From Candidatus Heimdallarchaeota archaeon (GTDB lineage Archaea > Asgardarchaeota > Heimdallarchaeia > Hodarchaeales > Hodarchaeaceae), in NCBI GenBank assembly GCA_019057635.1, contig DXJL01000199.1, positions 1 to 51,776 on the forward strand: a DNA stretch of 51,776 bases, written 5' to 3'. Within the stretch, counting starts at the first letter, position 1; the number at the start of each line of letters is the position of its first letter. Shown in pieces: positions 1 through 10,173 of the stretch. Both the position numbers and the translations under genes were made by a program. Below the pieces are notes generated by a model, which saw only the letters and a list, made by a program, of their open reading frames with translations, was not told the origin of the DNA and ran no database searches.

Positions 1-470
1 CTTAAGCTTACTAAAAATAGGAAGAGAATTGATAATTTCCATAGATTAAGTATAAGATTACTTATGTGAGGCGGTAGCCCGAATATAATCTCTTGTGAAA
101 TTTTTCGGGGAGTGATAGCAAACCAAGAAATAAATGTTAGTGCAAGTAAAATTACCATAACCTCGTTTAAAGAGAGTTGGAGAAATGCTGTTAGAGCATC
201 CTTCTGATTATAGATAAAATATGCAAGCGTCCATGTCACAAGATAACCGAAGATTCCACCTTCGTTTTCTAATTGACGTTTTTGCCTCGCTTGAATTCGT
301 GTTGATAACATAAGAAGAAAATTCATGCCTCCCAATGACACAAATAGATCTGGGTTTTCCTGAAGGATACTTACCATGAGCCAACCAAGAGCAAAAAGTA
401 CTCCAAACCCAGTTAATCGTGAGGGACGAATATTTGGGGTATCTTGCCATGAGAAACGCTTATCTGACAA
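1..470 (-). CDS. Multi-pass membrane protein, runs off the left edge (partial)
   Basis: Hand translation from TTG at 470 is open to base 1: LSDKRFSWQDTPNIRPSRLTGFGVLFALGWLMVSIL...GGIFGYLVTWTLAYFIY...VMVILLALTFISWFAI...LWKLSILFLFLVSL, with several hydrophobic helices. Absent from the ORF track because there is no stop in the window. Confidence 0.75.
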   Translation of the reverse strand, partial: MSDKRFSWQDTPNIRPSRLTGFGVLFALGWLMVSILQENPDLFVSLGGMNFLLMLSTRIQARQKRQLENEGGIFGYLVTWTLAYFIYNQKDALTAFLQLSLNEVMVILLALTFISWFAITPRKISQEIIFGLPPHISNLILNLWKLSILFLFLVSL

Positions 471-642
471 ATCAATAACCTTATTCCATTTTTTACATGC
501 AACAATTAATATGTATTCGCTTGGTAGAAATAATTAAGTTGTTAGTTTAATCCATAAAATAGAACATTCTCCCTTTATCGAAAGGATAAGAAATAGGTTC
601 GAAGAGATGTTTTTTTAAGACGTAAAAAGAATCAAATCATGA

Positions 643-1365
643 ATGAGAATGGCTGCTGGAACTAATCTTTCTGAGAATATAATGTTGAAATCTTATATAG
701 ATGGATCTTCTGGATTAGTAAATTATCAAAAATTAAAGGATGATGATTGGTTACATCAGAAAATAAAGGAATGGGAAGAAACAGACCTTTCAAGTTATAC
801 AAAGCAAGAAGAGTTCGCCTTCTGGTTAAACGCATACAACTTATTCACACTAAATGGTGTACTCCTTGAATTTGAGAAGAATCCTAATTGGAAAGGAAAT
901 ACCTCTTTTTTTTCAAAATTTAAGTTTTTTTATATGCGGAAATTTATGATAGCCCAACAAAAAATTAGTTTATGGAAATTGGAGAATAAAATCTTACGTA
1001 AACGCTTTCAAGATCCTCGTCTTCATTTTGCAATTAACTGTGCAAGCAATAGCTGCCCATATTTACCAGGTCGTCTATTTCAGGCAAAGACATTAGATGA
1101 TTATTTGGATCAGTTGTCGATAGATTTTATCAACAACCCACAAAATGTAAATTTTAATCATCAACAACAAGTGATGAACTTAAGTATGATTTTCAAATGG
1201 TTCAAAAAAGATTTTCTTCCTCTAGGAGGAGTAATTTCTTTTATTGAAAAATATCATAGATCTGTTCCTGAACAAATCTCTGAGTATAAAATTAAGTATA
1301 TTAAGTATAATTGGGAATTAAACAAGCAAGACCCAGTTAAGGCAAGTTTAATTGTTAATGTGTAA
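643..1365 (+). CDS. DUF547 domain protein
   Basis: AFWLNAYN, LENKILR, DPRLHFAINCASNSCPYL, LSMIFKWF and YNWELN motifs typical of DUF547. Confidence 0.9.
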   Translation: MRMAAGTNLSENIMLKSYIDGSSGLVNYQKLKDDDWLHQKIKEWEETDLSSYTKQEEFAFWLNAYNLFTLNGVLLEFEKNPNWKGNTSFFSKFKFFYMRKFMIAQQKISLWKLENKILRKRFQDPRLHFAINCASNSCPYLPGRLFQAKTLDDYLDQLSIDFINNPQNVNFNHQQQVMNLSMIFKWFKKDFLPLGGVISFIEKYHRSVPEQISEYKIKYIKYNWELNKQDPVKASLIVNV

Positions 1366-1416
1366 TATAATTCCAATAAATTAAGAAAAAATAGGAGTTA
1401 ATGATTGATTTCTTCA

Positions 1417-1620
1417 TTAATCCTCGGTTGAAGTTACGTCAATATCGACTGCTGGATCTAAAGCATCAACCCCCAAAAAAGTTAGTTTGAGAATACCTGT
1501 TTTATATTCAGCATCGATTTTATCGGGATTGATGGGGAAAGGTAAACGAATTTCTTCAATAATTTTTCCTACTTGAAATTGATAATTAACATTTTGAATA
1601 AGGGAAGGCCTCTCGAAAAT
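1417..1620 (-). pseudogene. C-terminal remnant of an Hsp20/alpha-crystallin small heat shock protein
   Basis: Hand translation gives ...GKIIEEIRLPFPINPDKIDAEYKTGILKLTF...DIDVTSTED*, matching the sHSP LP..V...I.A.Y.NGIL.I motif and an IxI/V-like tail. There is no start codon before the divergent MBL gene. Confidence 0.65.
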
Positions 1621-1632
1621 GAGCAGATATAA

Positions 1633-2535
1633 TTGATGGAACTTAGAAGAATTGCTGAAAATGTATGGTACATCCCCAACGTTGTCAATATCGGCGTAAT
1701 TAGAGATGAGAATAGTTCTGTTATCCTCATTGATACAGGTATTGATGCAGGGATAGGTAAAAAGATATTAGGTCTTCTAGAACAAGAAAAACTTACTCTA
1801 AAGGCTATCATCAATACCCATTCTCACGCTGATCATTGTGGAGGGAATAAATATTTACAAAAAGCGACAGATGCCCTAACATACGCACCTGAGTTCGAGG
1901 AAGCGATTATCCGCAATCCTTACTTAGAACCGTGGTATTTATTCTCTGGAGCAGCTCCAATAAGTGATCTACAGAATAAATTTTTAATGGCTAAGTCTTC
2001 CAAGGTCGATCATATAATTAAGATTGATGAACAGAGCTTAGCATTTGATCAAGTGGAGTTAAATATCATACCTCTACCAGGACATGCCTTAAATCAAATT
2101 GGGATAGAAATCAACTCCGTCTGCTTTTGTGCAGATAGTATTTTTTCAGAAGAAGTACTCGCCAAACATAAAGTACCGTTCTTCATTGATATTAAAAATA
2201 CGATTGTTACCCTTAATTACTTACTTTCTACTCAGTTTTCTTTTTATGTCCCATCACATGCAAAACCTAGTCCAAATATATCAAATGTGATAGAAGCAAA
2301 TATTAAAAGTATTAAGGAGATAGAAAAATTAATTTTTAACATTCTCACTGAACCTAAGACTACGGATCAAGTGATAAAAGACGTTTCTGATCATTTTCAA
2401 ATATCAATAACACGAGTAAATCAGTATTTTCTATTGAAGACTCCCATTTTAGCTTATCTAAGCTTTTTGAGGAACCAACAAAAGATTCATGTCAAACCTC
2501 GTTCAAATGAATTAATTTGGTATAGAGCAGAGTGA
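1633..2535 (+). CDS. MBL-fold metallo-hydrolase with C-terminal winged-helix-like cap
   Basis: LIDTG, THSHADH, LPGH, AD and PSH metal-binding motifs. Confidence 0.9.
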   Translation: MMELRRIAENVWYIPNVVNIGVIRDENSSVILIDTGIDAGIGKKILGLLEQEKLTLKAIINTHSHADHCGGNKYLQKATDALTYAPEFEEAIIRNPYLEPWYLFSGAAPISDLQNKFLMAKSSKVDHIIKIDEQSLAFDQVELNIIPLPGHALNQIGIEINSVCFCADSIFSEEVLAKHKVPFFIDIKNTIVTLNYLLSTQFSFYVPSHAKPSPNISNVIEANIKSIKEIEKLIFNILTEPKTTDQVIKDVSDHFQISITRVNQYFLLKTPILAYLSFLRNQQKIHVKPRSNELIWYRAE

Positions 2536-2576
2536 TTGCTATAAAGAGACTATAAATTGTTAGGCTGTGAGAAATA

Positions 2577-3050
2577 TTGGGTGAAAGTAATTTAGAGAAC
2601 GAAACAAAACTTCAGAAATATGTTGACACTCATAATATTAAAGCAGAGCATCTAGTGTATAAGGAATCTCTCCATACTGTCGCAGATGCTATCAGAGTTT
2701 CAGGGATTGGCATTGACCTAATTGCTAAGTCTATTGTGATGATTGGCCAAAACGGGGATACGATAATTGCTTTTGTTCCCGGGAAATCTCGGGCGAGTAC
2801 AAAACGTGTTGGGAAACTTCTAAATCAGAACGCACCAAAAATTGCTTCTGCTGAAGAAGCTCTCAGTAATACTGGTTATCCAATTGGAGGAACACCATTC
2901 ATTGGATATCCCGCAACTCGTGTTGTAGACAAGAAAATAATGGAAATTGAGGCAGTTTATTCTGGTGGAGGATCAGATAGATCCTTACTCAAACTTTGGA
3001 CAAGTGAAATATCTAAGTTTGATGTGACAATAGGACGAATAAGAAAATAA
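2577..3050 (+). CDS. YbaK/EbsC family aminoacyl-tRNA deacylase
   Basis: IAKSIV (conserved Lys), TGYPIGGTPFIG and YSGGG motifs. Confidence 0.88.
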   Translation: MGESNLENETKLQKYVDTHNIKAEHLVYKESLHTVADAIRVSGIGIDLIAKSIVMIGQNGDTIIAFVPGKSRASTKRVGKLLNQNAPKIASAEEALSNTGYPIGGTPFIGYPATRVVDKKIMEIEAVYSGGGSDRSLLKLWTSEISKFDVTIGRIRK

Positions 3051-3074
3051 TCGCATTCTAGAGCGTCAGCATTC

Positions 3075-3812
3075 ATGAAACTCCACCAATCGTCAATTAA
3101 ATTGGGTGTTCGCTTCATTTCCCCAATCATCCCATCTATAGTTTTGTTCGGACTAGTGTTTGGCTTTACTGGTGGAAACGCTGATCTACCATTTCTTTTA
3201 ATTTCTTCTACTTCATTCATTATCTTTGCTGGAACTGCACAATTTTTCATCATTCTGGCGATAATTCAACATGATCCAATTATCCCGATAATCATAACAG
3301 CGATTGTCATAAATTTACGTCATCTACTATATGGAGCAGCTTTACATGATTATGTTACTACAAGAGGTTTTAAACGATTTTTAGTTGCTTATTTACTTAC
3401 TGATGAAGTTTTCATTGTAGCTTCTCAAATTAAGAAGAAGATTAATAGCAATGAATTAAAGGAAGACATGATTCATTTCGAAGATGCTCTAATCGGAGCA
3501 GGGATTTTTGCTTGGTCGGTTTGGAATATCTGTACAATTGTTGGCTATTATTTTTCGGATTTACTTGTCACTTTATTTACTATATCGTCAGATTTCATAG
3601 TTGCGGGAACATTTCTTGGGTATCTCATTCTGCAATGGAAGAATTTCCCCTCTGATAGGTTATTCTTGTTAGAAATGATTGTTATTGGGTTAGTTTCTAG
3701 CTTTTGGTTTCAAAGTAGCATTTTATTATTTGTGATTTTAGTCTTAGGTGCTCTCATTGCTATGTTCGAACAGTATCGAGAAAATGTGAGAGTAATGAGT
3801 TTGGAGAGTTAA
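3075..3812 (+). CDS. azlC: AzlC family branched-chain amino acid export permease
   Basis: FAGTAQF, INLRHLLYG and LLTDEVF motifs; multiple transmembrane helices. Confidence 0.9.
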   Translation: MKLHQSSIKLGVRFISPIIPSIVLFGLVFGFTGGNADLPFLLISSTSFIIFAGTAQFFIILAIIQHDPIIPIIITAIVINLRHLLYGAALHDYVTTRGFKRFLVAYLLTDEVFIVASQIKKKINSNELKEDMIHFEDALIGAGIFAWSVWNICTIVGYYFSDLLVTLFTISSDFIVAGTFLGYLILQWKNFPSDRLFLLEMIVIGLVSSFWFQSSILLFVILVLGALIAMFEQYRENVRVMSLES

Positions 3813-3814
3813 TC

Positions 3815-4144
3815 TTGGAAATTACGGAAATTACTGTATTTATCCCTGTTTTCGTTTTAATTGGATTAGCTACGTTTTTCATGAGAGGTATCTTCTTATT
3901 TTTTTTACCTAGGTTTATGGATAACTCAATCTTGAAAAAAGGGTTGAATAGTGTTTCAAATTCCCTTTTGATAGCTTTAGTTATACCTTTCACTTTTTTT
4001 GTAGAGGGTGTCTTTTCCCCGTGGCGTGTTGAAGTCTTAGCATTAATTGCTGTTATACCAATTATTTGGTTTAGTAGAAAACCTGGATATAGTCTAATTT
4101 TCGGAATTTTGATTCTTATGGGGCTAAATATATTAATACCATAA
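3815..4144 (+). CDS. azlD: AzlD family small membrane partner
   Basis: 109 aa hydrophobic protein with GLATFFMR, 2 bp downstream of azlC. Confidence 0.75.
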   Translation: MEITEITVFIPVFVLIGLATFFMRGIFLFFLPRFMDNSILKKGLNSVSNSLLIALVIPFTFFVEGVFSPWRVEVLALIAVIPIIWFSRKPGYSLIFGILILMGLNILIP

Positions 4145-4196
4145 TCCACGATGAACGAGTCAGAGCTAAATGAGTTTAGGTAGTTGATTAGTCTTA

Positions 4197-5369
4197 ATGA
4201 AATATGAGGATCATAATCCCGCTATCAAATTTCTTTTTATCTCTGATACTCATTTTGGGGTTCACTATGCAATCAGACCACGTAATAAACTTAAGTACCA
4301 ATATGGTAATCGATTCTTCAATAAGGTAGATGATATTTTCCATCAAACTATACAACAAGGGGATATCGATTTCATTTTACATGGAGGAGATTTCTTTAAT
4401 CGATCCAAACCTCATCCTGAGGTAATTAAAAAATCAACCTCAATGCTCTTATGGGCAGCCAAATTTGTTCCAATCTATCTCATTCCAGGAAATCATGAAC
4501 GGAGCAAATTACCGCTCGGCCTGTTAAGATATTATGATAATATCCATGTTTTCTCTAGCCCTTGTTCTTATATATTTGAAAAGGACAATATAAGGATTAA
4601 AATTACTGGTTTTCCTTATATTAGACATAATGCTGGAAATAAGGCCAAATCAGTTATTAATACCGCGTGGAATAATGAACTCAACAAGAAAATAGATCGT
4701 ACGCACTACAATATACTGTTGATGCATCAACTTATCCAAGGGTCTAGGATTGAACATTACACGTTTAATAAAGGTCATAATGTAATTAAAATCGGTGATA
4801 TTCCTCAGAAGTTCCATTTGATTGCTACAGGGCACGTTCATCGTTATCAAATTTTGTATGCTAAGAATCACAGAACGCTTTCCACACATACTCAACAGCA
4901 AATAATCCACGATCTGACGAACCAAAAGTGGCGTTTTGCATCACCCCGAATGAATAAAAAAGACGACTATCCCACACCTGTAATTTGTTATGCTGGTTCT
5001 TGCGAGCGAATCTCAATGATGGAACGAAATGAAGATAAGGGATATGTGCTAGGAACACTAACCACAAATAATTCAGACAGAATACAACTTTCTGGAGCTC
5101 ATTTTGAATTTGTTCCTACACCCTCTACAGAAATGAAATACATCAAGTGGAATTTTTCATGCAAATCCATTGAACAATTGATCAAAGAAGTTGAGACTCT
5201 GGTTCAAGACATGAACAGAAAGGTCATTGGTTCATCACTTGCAGGTCTTATTCATATTTTAGTTCAACAACCTGTAGGTATTCCAAGTGCGCGGTTCACT
5301 CAATTGATTGAGTATGCAAGAACTAAAAATGTTCTATTGACAGTTAGATGGAAGAATTTCCCCAAATAG
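4197..5369 (+). CDS. SbcD/Mre11-like metallophosphoesterase nuclease
   Basis: SDTHFG, GGDFF, PGNHE, MHQ, TGHVH and YAGS..R....E..DKGY motifs. Confidence 0.85.
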   Translation: MKYEDHNPAIKFLFISDTHFGVHYAIRPRNKLKYQYGNRFFNKVDDIFHQTIQQGDIDFILHGGDFFNRSKPHPEVIKKSTSMLLWAAKFVPIYLIPGNHERSKLPLGLLRYYDNIHVFSSPCSYIFEKDNIRIKITGFPYIRHNAGNKAKSVINTAWNNELNKKIDRTHYNILLMHQLIQGSRIEHYTFNKGHNVIKIGDIPQKFHLIATGHVHRYQILYAKNHRTLSTHTQQQIIHDLTNQKWRFASPRMNKKDDYPTPVICYAGSCERISMMERNEDKGYVLGTLTTNNSDRIQLSGAHFEFVPTPSTEMKYIKWNFSCKSIEQLIKEVETLVQDMNRKVIGSSLAGLIHILVQQPVGIPSARFTQLIEYARTKNVLLTVRWKNFPK

Positions 5370-5403
5370 TTGATCTTCTTTAAAAAAGAGAAAAAAAGGA
5401 TGT

Positions 5404-6543
5404 TTACAAAAGGTCTGAGGGATCTACCTGACGAGCCATAGCTTTTTGAGTCATCCATTCACGGAAATCAGTAGGAGGTTCAGTTTTCTCCTTGGCTGGT
5501 CTTTCAATCAATGTCAATGCATCTTCAGGGCAGACAATTGCACAAACTCCGCAACCAACACACCTTTGGGAATCAATAACCAATAGATCATCTGGTACAT
5601 CAAGAGCGTCAAATTGACAGCGATCTACACAGGTTTCACATCCTGTACATAGTTCCTCGTTTACTGACATGATAAAATTCGCATTAACAAATGCCAATGG
5701 TTGGTTACGCTCGGTTAAACCTCTTAAAACTCCGCAACAACAAGAACAGCAGTTACAGATGTAGTAATGACCGGTTTGGATATTCATTGTACAATGTATC
5801 AATCCATCTTCTTCTGCAGTTCGTAAATGTTCAAGTGCTTGTTCTTTTGTTATTGGATCAGTGAATTTACTGTTATCAAAAGCGTTCTCTTTTTCTGAAA
5901 AGGGGAGGCAGACAGTTTTATTTGTAGTTACTTTACATGGATCATGTACGAGGTCTTTTTTTATTTTTTTTATACAATATCTCACTCACCAGCTTTTAGG
6001 ATTCTTTATCATATCTTGTGCGGTCTCGAATGGATAAATTTCCAACTCTGGTTTGATCACACGGTTGATGGGAACCACTCTAAAAATGGGGGGTTCTGTA
6101 TCAAATAACTGGTTCGTTCCAGCTTTCCTGAAATATTCTTCCACTAGGAGGGCAAAATCCTCGTCCATTCGTTTCCATTGTTCCTCATAAATTCCAACAG
6201 CAAAAGGCATTAATCCATACTTTCTTCCAGTGCGTGTGTCATATACTGTAATTTGCCCCTTATCATGCATAAGTTCCAATTTTTCTTTTAATCCTTCAAT
6301 TGGAATTTCTAATCGTTCAGCTAGCTCTTCAACCAATTCTCCCCGTAATTTCATTTTACTAGCTAGTTGTGCTTCCCCTTCGGAGAAGATCCATTGAAGT
6401 ACACGTAAATATGTATCATCGCTTGTCTTTGCATAGCCGTTAGGAATTTTCTCTAACGTTTCTGCTAGTTCCTCAAAAGCAATGGGTATTGATGCATTAG
6501 CTTTGGACATGTTTTCCTCAATCCTATATGCTAATTCCTCCAA
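5404..6543 (-). pseudogene. 4Fe-4S dicluster protein with N-terminal HTH-like region, interrupted by one in-frame TGA at 5986-5988
   Basis: ORFs 5986..6543 and 5404..5985 are contiguous and in frame (KSW-TGA-VRYC); ICNCCSCCC motif and two CxxCxxCxxxC ferredoxin motifs. Confidence 0.8.
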
Positions 6544-6695
6544 TAATTTGCATTTTTATATATTCTCGATATTAAAATATTGTTAACTTTTATCCACTTC
6601 TCTCATTCTAAGTTTAGTAACTTTTCCTTCAAGAATGAGAAACAAAAATATAACACTTGGAGAAGGACTAATTTTTAAGTGTATTTTTGCCTCAA

Positions 6696-7049
6696 TTATT
6701 CCGATAGATTAAGTTCTGTTTCAATGCTGTAGTTATCAGGTAACAAATAAACTTCTCGGAAGATTTTTTCTAGTATAAGACTTCCCTGTTCAGGAGTAGC
6801 CTGCCCCTGATAGGCCTCTTCCATCTCCTCAAATAGGACAAATATTCTCTCTAAATTTTTTCTTTCGTTTTTATCCAATGACGTCTTAGGCATATCAATG
6901 ATTACTAGTCGATCTCCATTGGCTCCAGCGGCCTGTACAAATCTTTCAGATGATATTTCACTAAAAATTACAAAATTTTCACTTCCACCTTCGTAAATCA
7001 GTGACTCTAAATACATTTTGAAGATTTTCTTTCTCTTATTCTTTCTCAT
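6696..7049 (-). CDS. Hypothetical protein (117 aa)
   Basis: ATG-started ORF filling an intergenic gap, globular composition, no recognised motif. Confidence 0.65.
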   Translation of the reverse strand: MRKNKRKKIFKMYLESLIYEGGSENFVIFSEISSERFVQAAGANGDRLVIIDMPKTSLDKNERKNLERIFVLFEEMEEAYQGQATPEQGSLILEKIFREVYLLPDNYSIETELNLSE

Positions 7050-7156
7050 AAGAAATTCTACACCTTAAGACAATCACCCATACAAATACTTTCAGGGTTT
7101 CAGAAAATTAAAAGTATTCTTAAATCATAATTTGGAAATTTCTTACCAACTGTAAT

Positions 7157-8041
7157 TTGGAGTTCTCACCAATGAATGTTGATCTGTCTTCGCATAACTA
7201 TATTTCTACACCCGAAATTGATATTACAATCAAACTCGCCCTAAACCTTAATCGGCCAATTTTAATTGAAGGACCCGCGGGTACGGGTAAAACCAGCATT
7301 GCTATCTCGCTTGCTAATGCACTACAGTGGTCATTATATCGTATTCAATGTTATGAAGGGATAACCGTGGAGAGCGTCATAGGGGAGTTTGATTATCGGC
7401 GACAATTGTTACATATTGAATTAGAACGCCAGAAACCCCATAACCCTATGAATGTTGAGATGGACTTAGAAAATATCTTTTCCAGGGACTTTTTTATTGA
7501 ACGCCCTCTTTTCCTCTCATTTATCTCAGATCAACCAAATGTCTTGCTTATTGATGAAATCGATAAATCGGATGAGGAATTTGAGGCATTTTTATTAGAG
7601 GCGTTAGGTGAGCGACAAATATCTATTCCTGAACTTGGAACATTTAAGGCTGACAATCAGGACCAAATTGTCATTCTCACAAGTAATTCCAGTCGGGATC
7701 TTAGCGAGCCTCTTCGTCGAAGATGTTTATATCTTTACGTGGATTTTCCAACACTAGAACGTGAAAAGGACATCTTATCTGTTCATACAGGTCTACCCTT
7801 AGATTCCCCTTTACTCATCAGTATAACTAAAATTGTACAACATTTAAGATCCCTAGATTTACGAAAAGTGCCCTCAATAGCGGAAACTATTGATTGGGCT
7901 AATTCTCTGATTCATCTCAGTAAGACCCAGGTAGATGAACAGGTTTTGAAAGACACACTCCCAGTTTTACTTAAGTATCAGGAAGATCTTCTGTTACTAA
8001 AAAATAAGCACAGTGAGCTTATTAGATTAAGTAAATTGTGA
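7157..8041 (+). CDS. MoxR family AAA+ ATPase (CoxD-like)
   Basis: Walker A GPAGTGKT, RIQCYEG, Walker B LLIDEIDK, SIPELG and LRRRCLY. Confidence 0.92.
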   Translation: MEFSPMNVDLSSHNYISTPEIDITIKLALNLNRPILIEGPAGTGKTSIAISLANALQWSLYRIQCYEGITVESVIGEFDYRRQLLHIELERQKPHNPMNVEMDLENIFSRDFFIERPLFLSFISDQPNVLLIDEIDKSDEEFEAFLLEALGERQISIPELGTFKADNQDQIVILTSNSSRDLSEPLRRRCLYLYVDFPTLEREKDILSVHTGLPLDSPLLISITKIVQHLRSLDLRKVPSIAETIDWANSLIHLSKTQVDEQVLKDTLPVLLKYQEDLLLLKNKHSELIRLSKL

Positions 8042-8048
8042 TTTTCAT

Positions 8049-9464
8049 ATGTCAGTTATCTTAAATTTCGTAGAATCATTACGATTTTTTGGTTTACCAA
8101 TTTCTCCTTCCGAAACCATTACAGCTCAACAAGTGTATGAATATTTAGGAGCTGTAAACAAGCAAAAATTACACATTGGGTTGAGGGCAGCAATTCTGAA
8201 ACGTCACGAGGATTTCACAATATTTGACATGTGTTTTAACCAATTTTTTTCAGCTACGAATTTGACTGAAAAGCAGAAACAACCTACTCCTGAATCTGAA
8301 CAATTTCTAAAAACAATGAATCGATCAACTAATAGCAATGATACCATTATAGCAGAGCTTTTAGTTAATAATCAGATTAGTGAAGCAGTTCAGACAGCAA
8401 TGATGGTAACTCCTTCTGGAGGAGGGACGACTGGAGGTTTATCAACAGATCAAGAACTTCGTGACTTACAACAGCGCCTTACACGAGCGTTATACCGAAC
8501 GTTCAATTTAGAAGTTCCTATACGCGGGTTAACACCGGTTCAACGTATGGAAATTAATGTTGAGATCATAAGAATTGGGTTCAATTTACAACAGCTTTTT
8601 ACTAGTATCAATTCAAGAATTGATGATAAATATCGGAAAAACACTACAGAAGAAAAAAAAGTAATCGAAAAGCCTGAAGATCTTTATCAGCTTGATCAGT
8701 TTTTGATTCAGGATTTAGCTACAGTTTCTGCAACAATGGCTAACATAAAAGAGCATCTCTTGGAGATTGGAAAGAAATTAGCCTCCCGAGAGCGACGTAG
8801 AAGAAGGCGAGCAAAACATGGGAAATTAGATTTTAGGAGAACGATTAGGAAAAACCTCAAAAATAATGGTATTATGTTAGAGCTCGTTCAAAAGCATAAA
8901 AGGATTGAGGATCCAGAAATAATCATTCTCAATGATGTCTCTGGATCAACAAGATGGATTGCGGATTGGTTCTTTGTAATTTGCTATACAGCTCAACAGG
9001 TATATAAAAAGATTCGAGTCTTTGAATTTGACAATACAATGGTAGAAGTTTCGGCAGCATTAGATCGGAAGACAATTGATCGGGCAATGAAGGAAAGAAC
9101 TAAATGCTGGGAACGTCCATTAAGGAAACGAAGAATTCATTCGGATTATCAAGATAGTTTGGACGATTTTTTTACCCTAATTAAGCATCGTCCTCTGAAT
9201 AAAAGGACAACAATTCTTATCTTGGGAGATTGTCGTGATTTTGAAGGGATGTGGAAGCATGATCACCCTATCAGCAGTGAATTCGTTCAAAAAATGGTAA
9301 ACAATTCGAAAGGAGTTATTATTTTAAATCCCGAGAGCAAACCTCTTTGGGATGCGGGTGATTCTGTAGTTAAATATTACCAACAGGTTGGAGCACAAGT
9401 TTATCATGTGGCAACCTTACAGGATTTATTGAATTTCGTATTTCAGTTGAATGTTCCAAAATAG
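8049..9464 (+). CDS. CoxE-like VWA domain protein
   Basis: LDFRRTIR, MIDAS DVSGS, ILGDCR, LNPE and W..GDS motifs; 7 bp downstream of the MoxR gene. Confidence 0.88.
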   Translation: MSVILNFVESLRFFGLPISPSETITAQQVYEYLGAVNKQKLHIGLRAAILKRHEDFTIFDMCFNQFFSATNLTEKQKQPTPESEQFLKTMNRSTNSNDTIIAELLVNNQISEAVQTAMMVTPSGGGTTGGLSTDQELRDLQQRLTRALYRTFNLEVPIRGLTPVQRMEINVEIIRIGFNLQQLFTSINSRIDDKYRKNTTEEKKVIEKPEDLYQLDQFLIQDLATVSATMANIKEHLLEIGKKLASRERRRRRRAKHGKLDFRRTIRKNLKNNGIMLELVQKHKRIEDPEIIILNDVSGSTRWIADWFFVICYTAQQVYKKIRVFEFDNTMVEVSAALDRKTIDRAMKERTKCWERPLRKRRIHSDYQDSLDDFFTLIKHRPLNKRTTILILGDCRDFEGMWKHDHPISSEFVQKMVNNSKGVIILNPESKPLWDAGDSVVKYYQQVGAQVYHVATLQDLLNFVFQLNVPK

Positions 9465-9469
9465 GCTGT

Positions 9470-10012
9470 TTATAAGTTGCGTACAACTGGTTTGATAATC
9501 TTATTGATAAAAGAAGTTTTCCCGTCCGTATATTTGTTACGATCTGTGGGAAATTTCACTGCTAGTTCCATCTTTAGTTTCTGATACCGAAATCGCTTAC
9601 CTTTATCTTGAAGGAGTATATCTCGAAAAAGTATATGATTTCTCCATTCTTTTGATTCGAATTCAACAAAATGTAAATGAAAGAGCCTTGGTGAACCTTT
9701 CCTAAAGAAAAGTTGCTTTTTATCCCCCGCCTCTGCAGTGTAAGTGTATCCTAACACTTCTAAGACATTTATTTGAGTAAAAACCTCTTTAAAATCCTTA
9801 ATTCCTATTAGAATGTCAACAATTGGTTTTGCAATAATTCCTGGGATAGCAGTACTCCCTATATGTTCAATCCCAGAAATCATCTCACCAAGGGCTAGAA
9901 GAAGCATAGCACTTTCGAATTGAAAGCGATAATCCCAAGATTTTTGATATTCGACTAATTGAATAATTTCCTCATTGAAACCTAGTAAACTCATGTTAGT
10001 AAAAACATCCAA
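9470..10012 (-). CDS. GrpB family (UPF0157) nucleotidyltransferase-fold protein
   Basis: IEHIGSTAIPG..AKPIVDI, HLH, FRD.L and YTDGKT motifs. Confidence 0.9.
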   Translation of the reverse strand: MDVFTNMSLLGFNEEIIQLVEYQKSWDYRFQFESAMLLLALGEMISGIEHIGSTAIPGIIAKPIVDILIGIKDFKEVFTQINVLEVLGYTYTAEAGDKKQLFFRKGSPRLFHLHFVEFESKEWRNHILFRDILLQDKGKRFRYQKLKMELAVKFPTDRNKYTDGKTSFINKIIKPVVRNL

Positions 10013-10173
10013 ATATCAAAAGTGAATAGTTTTAAGGCTCACTACTTGTGAGAGTGCGATTCAATATGAGTAGTATTTATTTGTTACTTGCATTCTGATG
10101 GAAAAAAACTGACTTGAGCTTTGGGATGAAATAGTCCCTCTCCCAAAGATTAAAAAAATAAATCGAAAATCCT

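Noticed and set aside
208-450. 80 aa ORF in the track
   Set aside because: It overlaps a longer, more protein-like membrane ORF in another frame on the same strand (1..470)
6696-7049. Possible T3SS-chaperone/YbjN-like fold
   Set aside because: Only a vague FVQ-containing beta pattern; too weak to call
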